Source of the DNA: Dehalococcoidia bacterium
Lineage (GTDB): Bacteria; Chloroflexota; Dehalococcoidia; Lucifugimonadales; CAJWER01
Direction of reading: 5' to 3'
DNA: 64,000 bases
Assembly (NCBI GenBank): GCA_965222445.1
Contig: CBDCTY010000002.1
Location: 255,824 to 319,823 of the forward strand
This document shows positions 36,389-44,077 of the stretch, in pieces. The notes beneath the pieces were generated by a model. The model was given only the letters and a program-made list of their open reading frames with translations. It was not told the DNA's origin and made no database searches. Every line of letters begins with the position of its first letter. Position 1 is the first letter of the stretch. Made by a program: the position numbers and the translations under genes.

Positions 36389-36632
36389 GGATTCACCGCA
36401 GAGGACGTCCTTCGGCAGGCCCTTCGACAAGCTCAGGACGGGCTCAGGACAGGCGCCGGGCACAGAGAGGAGGAGTTATGGGGAAGAGGGGAATGGCCGA
36501 AGCAGGATTCCCAGGATCGGGGGATTATCGGCATTGGGAGGGACTGGAGCAGTTGTAGGGAAGCCGGCAAGGGCATCTGCCGGTTGGCACGTTGGGTCGA
36601 GCAGGTTCGGCCGTCCCCTCGATGTTGGCGTG

Positions 36633-36699
36633 TTGGTACTATCTTATATCTATAAATCCGAAACGAACGTGAAATGAACTGGAAATGAGGCGTACATGG
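36633..36699 (+). promoter_or_regulatory. AT-rich conserved leader/promoter region (copy B) upstream of the DUF3800 gene
   Basis: TTGGTACT...CGAAACGAACGTGAAATGAACTGGAAATGAGGCGTACATGG aligns with 33542-33607. The ATG at 36696 opens a 50-codon ORF that overlaps the DUF3800 start. Confidence 0.4.
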
Positions 36700-36828
36700 A
36701 CGTTCGCATGAGATTGCCGGGCCGGGGGATTGACAGACTGGTGGGCGGTCTTCTATCATTGAAGCAGTCGACAGGGCCCCTACCGGTTGGCTCGTTGGGT
36801 CAAGCAGACCCAGTCGGCTCCTGCCTAA

Positions 36829-37575
36829 ATGCACATAGTCTACCTTGACGAATCTGGCACCCACTCGGAGGCCCGCTACTTTGTGATAGCGGGCCTTGCC
36901 GTTTTCGAACGCGAAACCTACTACCTTGCTCGGAGCCTGGACCAGATACAGGCGCGTTACCTTCCTGATGCAAGCGGGAGAGTCCCATTCCATGCCTCTT
37001 CACTGCGGGCGCGTGAAGGGCGTGTGCCGCCGCCGTTTGATTCGTTGACACAACAAGAGAGGGATAGACTGATAACAGACATCTACCACGTAATCGCCAA
37101 ATCCAAGGCTAGATTATTCGCCGTGGCCATGGAGAAGGGCTTCGTGGATGGAGACCCATATGAGCGTGGATTTGAAGAGATAGTCAACAGGTTTGACCTG
37201 ATGCTCGGTAATGACTTGAGAGATACCGGCGAGGTACAGAGAGGGCTCATTATAGTCGCGGAGTCGAGTTATCGGGAGAATCTCGAACTACTGGCTGAAC
37301 GCATAGCCACTGAAGGCCACCGATGGGGTGAGACTCACAACCTGGCTGACATTCCGTACTTTGCACCCGCCAAGAGCACTCGACTACTCCAGTTGGCAGA
37401 CTTTGTTGCTAATGCAGTGTTCGGTAGGTATGAAGGCGGATACACACAGAACTTCGACCTGATCGTTCCCAGATTCCACCAGGATGAGGGACGTATTCAC
37501 GGCCTAGTACACAGGTCCAGAGACTTTCAAAACTGCTACTGCCCAGCTTGCATACTGAGACGCCCCAACAACTAG
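36829..37575 (+). CDS. DUF3800 domain protein
   Basis: MHIVYLDESG N-terminus and LLQLADFVANAV motif, typical of DUF3800. Lower GC than the backbone. Confidence 0.75.
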   Translation: MHIVYLDESGTHSEARYFVIAGLAVFERETYYLARSLDQIQARYLPDASGRVPFHASSLRAREGRVPPPFDSLTQQERDRLITDIYHVIAKSKARLFAVAMEKGFVDGDPYERGFEEIVNRFDLMLGNDLRDTGEVQRGLIIVAESSYRENLELLAERIATEGHRWGETHNLADIPYFAPAKSTRLLQLADFVANAVFGRYEGGYTQNFDLIVPRFHQDEGRIHGLVHRSRDFQNCYCPACILRRPNN

Positions 37576-37626
37576 TCCTGACGATCAGTAAGTCCCGCTG
37601 ATAGTCTTGGCCTACAAGCGTGAATC

Positions 37627-39210
37627 ATGAAGACGCCTGAGAACCTCGTGAAGGCCGTCGAGCACCTGGAGCCGCAGGCGATTCTCCTGCTGGACACCAA
37701 CACAGTCATGGACTACCCGCAGTTCGTATCGCACAAAATTGCCGCGCCGGGGCCGTTCCTGTTGGTCGTCCCGCAAGTCGTTGACAATGAGCTACTGAGT
37801 CTGACCTTCAACAATGACCCAGAAAAGAAAGAGACGAAGCAGAGGGCTTCACGCGCTCGAAAGTATCTAGGGAAATTGTACGAGCGAGGCAACGCAGCCG
37901 ACGGTATTGGTGTTGGGAACGATCGTTGGGTAATGACCGTTAGCGCTCCCAGGCCAGCAGCCCCTGAGAACACACCCATAGAGGAGGACCAGATATGGAG
38001 GTATCTGGGCCAGGTCGATGCGGCCCTGCTGAGGCTGGCGGATGCCTGTGCCGAGGACATTTCCGACACCCGGACAGTCCTTGTCACGAAAGACAGAAAT
38101 CTAGCCCACACCGCTAGGTCACGTGGGATTGCTGTTTTCTCGTTGCCGAAGCTGCGGTCACGTGAGGCGCTGGGCGAATTGCTTGGCGATGATAGTTCCA
38201 GCGGGGTCGCAGACATTGAAGCCGACGTAGCCTCACTCTTCGATACTGACAAGAAACAGCCAGTGACTATATCGATGACCCTCGAAGAGCTCGGGAGCAA
38301 TGGAGACAATCTGATCGCGCAGGGGACTGGTCGTCTTACCTTTAGCCGCGAGAGTCATCCTTTCCGTTGGACCTACCTCTACAAGAATGCAGAGAATATC
38401 GAAGATATTGGCTCGCTGTTCGACATGATCGGCAACGCGGGGGGCATGCCTGTCGAGAATCTCGATTTCATGGGTGGGAGTGAAGAACGAATCCCAGAAC
38501 AGGTTAGACGCTTCGCCTGCTCGATGTTGGAATCAGCAGGTTGGGCCGATCTAGATTTGACCATAAACGCAACACTGATTTGGAGCGAAATACTCGATGG
38601 AGCGATTGAATGGGATCATTTTTGGCACAGGGGTCTCTATAGCCTGCTTTCGCCTCACATACGAATTCGTCTTGCATTCATGTACATGGAAGGCACCTTA
38701 TGGGGCTATAGTCAGTCGATCTTAGGCGATGGACTAGAGCAAACTCCTGATGAAATAGACGAACTTCTTCGCCTGTCCGAAGAGTACATCCTATGTTGTC
38801 TAGAAGTAATAGGACATTCACTGCCCTCTCTTCCCTCTGAGCAGGAAACGGTGAATACATTAAATAGGGCCATGGCGAACATGATGGCCAAAGACCCGAC
38901 CAAAGACGGCGAGAAGTACGCGGCATTCATAGCCAGGTATGGTGACGATGGTGGTGACGAAACTGCTCGGGTTGGCACTGATTACGACGGCATCGGCGAC
39001 GCGTATCTCAAAGCCTCTCAAGCCTATCGGGCGCTTGCTGAGTACTTGGACCATCCGACGAGCAGTTTGGATTCCGGTCTAAAGTGGCTCCTGAACGTTG
39101 CTTCAGATTCTTGGACTGTCGGACAAACGCGAGAGCGAGAGTTCAATTATGTTTTGCCTACCTTGTCCGAAGAGGATGGAAAAGCAACGACTGAGGACAA
39201 CACGGACTGA
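37627..39210 (+). CDS. PIN-domain protein fused to a ~340-aa uncharacterised C-terminal region
   Basis: N-terminal ~180 aa look PIN-like (LLLDTNTVMDY, VVPQVVDNEL, DAALLRLA, LVTKDRNLAHTARSRGI). The rest is unrecognised with an acidic C-tail. 51 nt downstream of the DUF3800 gene on the same strand. Confidence 0.6.
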   Translation: MKTPENLVKAVEHLEPQAILLLDTNTVMDYPQFVSHKIAAPGPFLLVVPQVVDNELLSLTFNNDPEKKETKQRASRARKYLGKLYERGNAADGIGVGNDRWVMTVSAPRPAAPENTPIEEDQIWRYLGQVDAALLRLADACAEDISDTRTVLVTKDRNLAHTARSRGIAVFSLPKLRSREALGELLGDDSSSGVADIEADVASLFDTDKKQPVTISMTLEELGSNGDNLIAQGTGRLTFSRESHPFRWTYLYKNAENIEDIGSLFDMIGNAGGMPVENLDFMGGSEERIPEQVRRFACSMLESAGWADLDLTINATLIWSEILDGAIEWDHFWHRGLYSLLSPHIRIRLAFMYMEGTLWGYSQSILGDGLEQTPDEIDELLRLSEEYILCCLEVIGHSLPSLPSEQETVNTLNRAMANMMAKDPTKDGEKYAAFIARYGDDGGDETARVGTDYDGIGDAYLKASQAYRALAEYLDHPTSSLDSGLKWLLNVASDSWTVGQTREREFNYVLPTLSEEDGKATTEDNTD

Positions 39211-39252
39211 CAGAAGGAGACACTCCAATGCCCCTGACCCATCTCGAAATAA

Positions 39253-39450
39253 TACCAATTAGGTGTGATGCCGCCATATAAGGGCTGAAGGAGGTGCCCG
39301 GCTTGCCCATAGCCACCCGGTCTGTGTGCAACCGCCGGGGACTGGATGGGGGACGGTTCCTGCGGGGCAGGAATCCCGGTTCAAGGCCGGAATGACGGAT
39401 TGCTGAACTGCGTCACGTTCAATTCACGGCGTAGTCAAAACGAAATGGTA
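39253..39450 (+). mobile_element. MITE-B (198 bp)
   Basis: TACCAATTAGGTGTGATGCCGCCATATA...ACGGCGTAGTCAAAACGAAATGGTA. Shares both ends with 3694-3846. Flanks TAA/TTA (discordant). Confidence 0.75.
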
Positions 39451-39500
39451 TTAGACAGGTGAGATGGCTGTATCCCAAATGTCAATACAACCTGGGGATC

Positions 39501-39641
39501 CCAGATCCACCACCTAATTTGGACGGGCGGCGTGACGGACTGCCTCTGAGGCTATGGCTGTGCACCTTGCCAGGGATGGGTTCCCGCCCCCGACTGCTCG
39601 GGGGCAGGCTCTTCGCGGGAATGACGGAGGTGGGGGATTTG
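39501..39641 (+). mobile_element. Family-D TIR element carrying a beta core module
   Basis: GATCCACCACCT...GACGGGCGGCGTGACGGACTGCCTCTGAGGCTATGGCTGTGCACCTTGCC...core...AGGTGGGGGATTTG. About 90% identical to 36249-36388. Confidence 0.7.
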
Positions 39642-39651
39642 GGGGGATGAC

Positions 39652-39869
39652 CAGGGCCTTTCCAAAGTCGTCACAATGCCATATCGTCACAATGCCATAA
39701 GAGGGGGATCTGGGAAATCCCTTCTCCCTCGGTGGGAGAAGGTTAGGATGAGGGTGACTGACTTGTATCGGTCAACGCCCCCTCACCCCCGTATCGAGTA
39801 CGGGGCAGGCTCTAACCCTCTCCCGCGAAGGGGCCCGCGAAGGGGAGAGGGAACTTTGGAAAGGCCCTA
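39652..39869 (+). mobile_element. Family-C TIR element (218 bp), complete copy
   Basis: Termini CAGGGCCTTTCCAAAGT and ACTTTGGAAAGGCCCTA match 16 of 17 as inverted repeats. 9-bp direct repeat GGGGATGAC at 39643-39651 and 39870-39878. Contains the alpha hairpin at 39787-39805 and the empty TTA site at 39743-39745. Confidence 0.8.
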
Positions 39870-39928
39870 GGGGATGACGCCCAAGGTCTGAATCGGTGTA
39901 CCATAGGCTTGGAGAGTGAGGAGGGAAT

Positions 39929-40480
39929 GTGGCTACGACGACGCGGCGCGTGACGGCGGAAGAGCTGCTGCGTATACCGAGGGGCGGCTTCCGATACGAG
40001 CTTGTCAGAGGGGAGTTGAAGAAGATGCCGCCAGCCGGACACGCCCGCGGGGAATACGCCCTGTCCATAGGGGCCTCGCTTCGGGCACACGCAAGGGCGA
40101 ACGGGCTGGGCAGGGCCTACGCCGCAGAGACGGGATTCAAGCTGGAATCCGATCCCGACCACGTTCTCGCTCCTGACGCGTCTTTCGTACGCAGCGAGAG
40201 GGCGGAAGCGGCAAGAGGGACGCCGGGGTTCTTCCCCGGCCCTCCGGACGTCGCCGTCGAGGTGATTTCGCCGAGCGATCGCTACACAGAGATCGACGAG
40301 AAGGTGGCCGACTGGCTCGACGCCGGAACGCTCGCCGTCGTGGTGGTGGACCCACGCAGCCGTACCGTCAGGATTCACCGCTCGCAGGCCGACGTCGAAG
40401 CCCTGGGGGAATCGGACACCCTCCAAGTCGGCGACGTCGTTCCCGGCTGGCGAATGCCGGTCAGGGACATATTCGAGTAG
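39929..40480 (+). CDS. Uma2-family (DUF820) PD-(D/E)xK endonuclease
   Basis: GTG start after a GAGGAGGG RBS. 183 aa, roughly two-thirds identical by eye to 31116-31667 (FRYELVRGELKKMPPAGHARG...PDVAVEVISPSD...VPGWRMPVRDIFE). Confidence 0.8.
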   Translation: MATTTRRVTAEELLRIPRGGFRYELVRGELKKMPPAGHARGEYALSIGASLRAHARANGLGRAYAAETGFKLESDPDHVLAPDASFVRSERAEAARGTPGFFPGPPDVAVEVISPSDRYTEIDEKVADWLDAGTLAVVVVDPRSRTVRIHRSQADVEALGESDTLQVGDVVPGWRMPVRDIFE

Positions 40481-40564
40481 GTATTCTCAACACGGGCAGG
40501 TGATGGGAGTCGCCAGAACCCAACGGCCTCTGGTGTACTGGCCCCGTATCCGGACATTGTGAGA

Positions 40565-40620
40565 GGGATGGATTCCCGCCCCGTATCGAGTACGGGGCAG
40601 GCTCTGCGCGGGAATGACGG
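40565..40620 (+). repeat. Solo core module (alpha hairpin)
   Basis: GGGATGGATTCCCGCCCCGTATCGAGTACGGGGCAGGCTCTGCGCGGGAATGACGG. Confidence 0.8.
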
Positions 40621-40741
40621 ATTGGATGGTATGCGCCTGTAGAGAATACCCTTCGAGTAGAGCATAAACCGCATCCCAGTACGAATGCGCCGCCCGGCGG
40701 AATCCTGTGACGTGCGGACGCCGTGAACCTGTCCCAGATTA

Positions 40742-40865
40742 TACCAAGTCACCGTGATGCCGCCGTATATGTGCGGCCAGGGAGTGGGTTCCCGCCCCGT
40801 ATCGAGTACGGGGCAGGCTCTTCGCGGGAATGACGGCTTTACGGCGCGCTCACAATGAATTGGTA
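40742..40865 (+). mobile_element. MITE-A, long form (124 bp), alpha hairpin
   Basis: Flanked by TTA (40739-40741) and TTA (40866-40868). Confidence 0.9.
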
Positions 40866-40893
40866 TTAGTAGGCGGCGATCCACATCCACCCC

Positions 40894-40922
40894 TGGATTC
40901 CGGCTTTCGCCGGAATGACGGG
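40894..40922 (+). repeat. Solo short core module, compensatory variant
   Basis: CTGGATTCCGGC-TTTC-GCCGGAATGACGG. The stem TTCCGGC/GCCGGAA replaces TTCCCGC/GCGGGAA. Confidence 0.65.
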
Positions 40923-41109
40923 TGAGTAGTGCCTACCAATTTGGGACAGCATCGGACGCCGTCAGGAATTTGACAGGCCGCCGTCCAAACGGTACATTGG
41001 CCCGACTTCTTCCCCGCCCGCTGGATTGTGGCTTCGGTCATGTCCCTGGGCGGGTGTTTTTATGCGTGCCATCATGGTCTGGACGACAGCAGTAGAAGGA
41101 GAACCGCCA

Positions 41110-43101
41110 ATGCCCCTTACCCATCTCGAAATAACATCCGACTCACCCTACGCCGATGGAAGGTCTTTTGGCGACACCGGCCCCTACCGGGAACTACGGG
41201 GCGTCGCCCACTTTGCCGTGGACCCTGACGCCCGGGTCAACTCGACCATTACGGACATCGGCCTCGCGCCCACGGACTCTGAGGGCCGTGTCCGCTTCTC
41301 GTCCCACTTCGCCTTGCTGATGCCCGCCGAGCCCGGCCGTGGGAATCGGCGGCTGTTCTTCGACGTGTGCAACAGGGGCAACAGGACCGTCTTCAACAAC
41401 TTCAACAGCGCCGGCCCGGCGGAGGACCCGGAGGCACCGCTGGCACCCGGCAACGCCTTCCTGCTCAGACACGGCTACACCGTCGTATGGTGCGGATGGC
41501 AGGCCGACGTGCCCCCGAACCCGGGCCTGATCGGGATGCAGGCGCCCCTCGCGATGGGCCCGGACGGCCCGATCACCGGCAGGATCATGAACTGGTTCCA
41601 GATCGACGAGCCGACCACCACCCACATGCTCTCCGACCGCGAGCACCTGCCGCACCCCGCCGCCGACCCGTACGAACGGACGGCAGCCCTCTACGTTCGC
41701 GACCACCCGAACGGCCCCATGGCGCAGCTAGACCGCTCCGAGTGGTCGTTCTCAAGCAACGAAGAGGAGCACGCGACCCACGTCCGCATGGACACCGGGT
41801 TCGAGCCGGGCCGCATCTATCAGCTCGTCTACACGTCCGCCTTCAGCCGCGTAGTCGGGCTGGGATTCGCGGCGGTGCGCGATGCCGTCTCGTTCCTGAA
41901 ATACGAGGACGCCGCGGCGGGCAACCCTGCGGCTGGCCTGCTCGACTACGCCTACGCGTTCGGCAGGTCCCAGAGCGGCAGATTCCTGCGCAACATGCTC
42001 CACGCGGGCGTGAACGAAGACGAGGCAGGCCGGATAGCCCTGGACGGCGTCATCGCCCACGTCGCGGGGGCGATGCGCGGCGAGTTCAACCTGCGCTTCG
42101 GCCAGCCCTCCAAGGACATCTGCTTCGTGATGCCGGAGCTGTTCCCCTTTACGGACACCCCTCAGGTCGACCCGGTGACGGCCCTTCGACAAGCTCAGGG
42201 TGAGCGTGAGGGGCTGCTGGCGCGACTCGAGACCAGCCGGACCGTGCCGAAGACGATGATGATCAACACGTCGGCGGAGTACTGGCGCGGCGACGCGGGC
42301 CTCATACACACTGACCTGGAGACGATGACCGACGCGCAGGAGCACGAGGACGTCCGCCGCTACCACTTCGCGGGCACGCAGCACGGGTCGGGTACGTTCC
42401 CGCCCGAGGAGATGCGGTCCGCCGACAACGTCCGCGGACAGGTCCCCTACAACGCGGTCGACTACAACCCCCTGCTCAGGGCCGCCCTGGTTAACCTGGA
42501 CCGCTGGGCGACGACCGGCGAGCCCGCGCCCCCGAGCCGCCACCCGTCGCTGGACGACGGTACGGCCGTAGAGTCCCACACCCTGCGGGAGCGTTTCGAG
42601 GCGATTCCGGGCGCGGTGTTCCCGCCCAGCCCAACGCGGGCCATCAGGCTCGACTACGGGCCGGACCAGGCGCTGGGCAGGACCACCAAGCTCCCGCCCG
42701 GGGAGGGCGAGACGTACCCGGCCCTGGTGTCCGACGTCGACGACGACGGGAACGAGGTCGGGGGCATCCGCCTGCCAGACGTATCCGTGGCCCTGGCGAC
42801 CAACACCGGCTGGAACCTGCGACACCCCGACATAGGCAACCCTGACCTGATCATCGGCATCACGGGCGGGCTGATGGGATGGACGCTGCCGTTCGCCGTG
42901 ACGCGCGAGGATCGGGAGGCTGCGGGCGACCCGCGCCCGTCCATCGAGGAGCGATACGCGTCGGAGGACGACTACGCTGCCAGGGTCGCCGAAGCCGCGG
43001 ACACGCTGGTGGCCGAGGGATACCTGCTGTCGGAGGACATGGCCGAGGTGGTCGAGTCGGCGCGGGCCCGCTACCGGTACTGGACGGCGCCAGCCGGGTA
43101 G
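41110..43101 (+). CDS. Uncharacterised conserved protein (possible hydrolase fold)
   Basis: 663 aa from MPLTHLEITSDSPYADG, preceded by an AGAAGGAGA RBS. No catalytic motif recognised with confidence. Confidence 0.55.
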   Translation: MPLTHLEITSDSPYADGRSFGDTGPYRELRGVAHFAVDPDARVNSTITDIGLAPTDSEGRVRFSSHFALLMPAEPGRGNRRLFFDVCNRGNRTVFNNFNSAGPAEDPEAPLAPGNAFLLRHGYTVVWCGWQADVPPNPGLIGMQAPLAMGPDGPITGRIMNWFQIDEPTTTHMLSDREHLPHPAADPYERTAALYVRDHPNGPMAQLDRSEWSFSSNEEEHATHVRMDTGFEPGRIYQLVYTSAFSRVVGLGFAAVRDAVSFLKYEDAAAGNPAAGLLDYAYAFGRSQSGRFLRNMLHAGVNEDEAGRIALDGVIAHVAGAMRGEFNLRFGQPSKDICFVMPELFPFTDTPQVDPVTALRQAQGEREGLLARLETSRTVPKTMMINTSAEYWRGDAGLIHTDLETMTDAQEHEDVRRYHFAGTQHGSGTFPPEEMRSADNVRGQVPYNAVDYNPLLRAALVNLDRWATTGEPAPPSRHPSLDDGTAVESHTLRERFEAIPGAVFPPSPTRAIRLDYGPDQALGRTTKLPPGEGETYPALVSDVDDDGNEVGGIRLPDVSVALATNTGWNLRHPDIGNPDLIIGITGGLMGWTLPFAVTREDREAAGDPRPSIEERYASEDDYAARVAEAADTLVAEGYLLSEDMAEVVESARARYRYWTAPAG

Positions 43102-43136
43102 CCTGCGAGTGTACAATGCTCGCACGGAGGTCCTCA

Positions 43137-43511
43137 ATGACGCCACAGGAACGCGACCGGATAGTCAGGGACATCATGAGGGAGACCCTTGCGGAGCGCT
43201 TCACCGACGATGAGTTCGTGTTCGACCCCATCGTGGTGGTGCCGACCGTGGACGAGTGGGGACCCGACAGCGACGGCAGCACCTATCTCGAAATCCTGAT
43301 CGTCTTCGACGGCGATTGGAAGAAGCTCGACCCCGGCTGGACGGGATCCTTGATCAGGCGCATTCGCCCGAAGCTGAACGAGGCGGGCATAGAGGAGTTC
43401 CCCGCCCCGGGATTCGTCGGGAAATCCGAGTGGCGAAGCCAACTCAAGAAGTTTCTGCGCCTCCACCCGGATATCGAGATCGAACCCGAGATGAGCCTTG
43501 AAGCCGTCTGA
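43137..43511 (+). CDS. Hypothetical protein (124 aa), upstream partner of the HEPN-like gene
   Basis: ATG at 43137, 6 nt after GGAGG. Overlaps the proposed TTG start (43498) of the next gene. Confidence 0.55.
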   Translation: MTPQERDRIVRDIMRETLAERFTDDEFVFDPIVVVPTVDEWGPDSDGSTYLEILIVFDGDWKKLDPGWTGSLIRRIRPKLNEAGIEEFPAPGFVGKSEWRSQLKKFLRLHPDIEIEPEMSLEAV

Positions 43512-44077
43512 CTACACCACCACCGCCAGGGATCTCGTAGACGCCAGCCCCAAGGGCCGCCCGCGGGAAGCCAACCTTCGCCGGGCCGTCAGTACTGCTT
43601 ATACCAATTCACCGTGATGCCGCCGTATATGTGCGACCAGGGAGTGGGTTCCCGCCTTCGCGGGAATGACGGCTTTACGGCGCGTTCAAAATGAATTGGT
43701 ATTACTACGCGCTGTTCCACTGTCTGGCAGCCTGCTGCGCCGACATGCTGGTCGGTGGCGCAGGGGCCCGACGCAGCCAGCCGGCGTGGAGGCAAGTGTA
43801 TCGGGCGTTGCAGCACGGGCCTGCGAGAAAGCGTTGCGAGCGCCAGAACATGATCTCGAGATTTCCGGGCGAAATCCAGGATCTTGCGAACCTGTTCGTC
43901 CGTATGCAGAAAGAGCGTCACCGCGCTGACTATGACCCCGACGCTGTTTTCTACAAGACTTACGTGCGCGTTCGTATTGCCCAAGCATCGATTCTCATAA
44001 AGCGCTTCAACAGAGTTCCCGCAAAGGACCGGCGCGCCTTCGCGGTCTACGTCCTGCTGGACATCAGGGGCGACTAG
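43498..44077 (+). pseudogene. HEPN-like protein gene interrupted by a short MITE-A
   Basis: The 5' part (43498-43601) reads ...ASPKGRPREANLRRAVSTAY. The 3' part (43705-44077) reads YALFHCLAACCADMLVGG...MQKERHRADYDPDAVFY.... Removing 43602-43704 (element plus one TTA) joins them in frame as ...AVSTAYYALFH.... Confidence 0.65.
43602..43701 (+). mobile_element. MITE-A, short form (100 bp)
   Basis: TACCAATTCACCGTGATGCC...CCCGCCTTCGCGGGAATGACGG...GAATTGGTA. Flanked by TTA (43599-43601) and TTA (43702-43704). Confidence 0.9.

Noticed and set aside
36433-36993. 186-aa minus-strand ORF across the AT-rich leader and the DUF3800 start.
   Set aside because: It overlaps the clear DUF3800 N-terminus (MHIVYLDESG) on the other strand and crosses the conserved non-coding leader. 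No recognisable domain.
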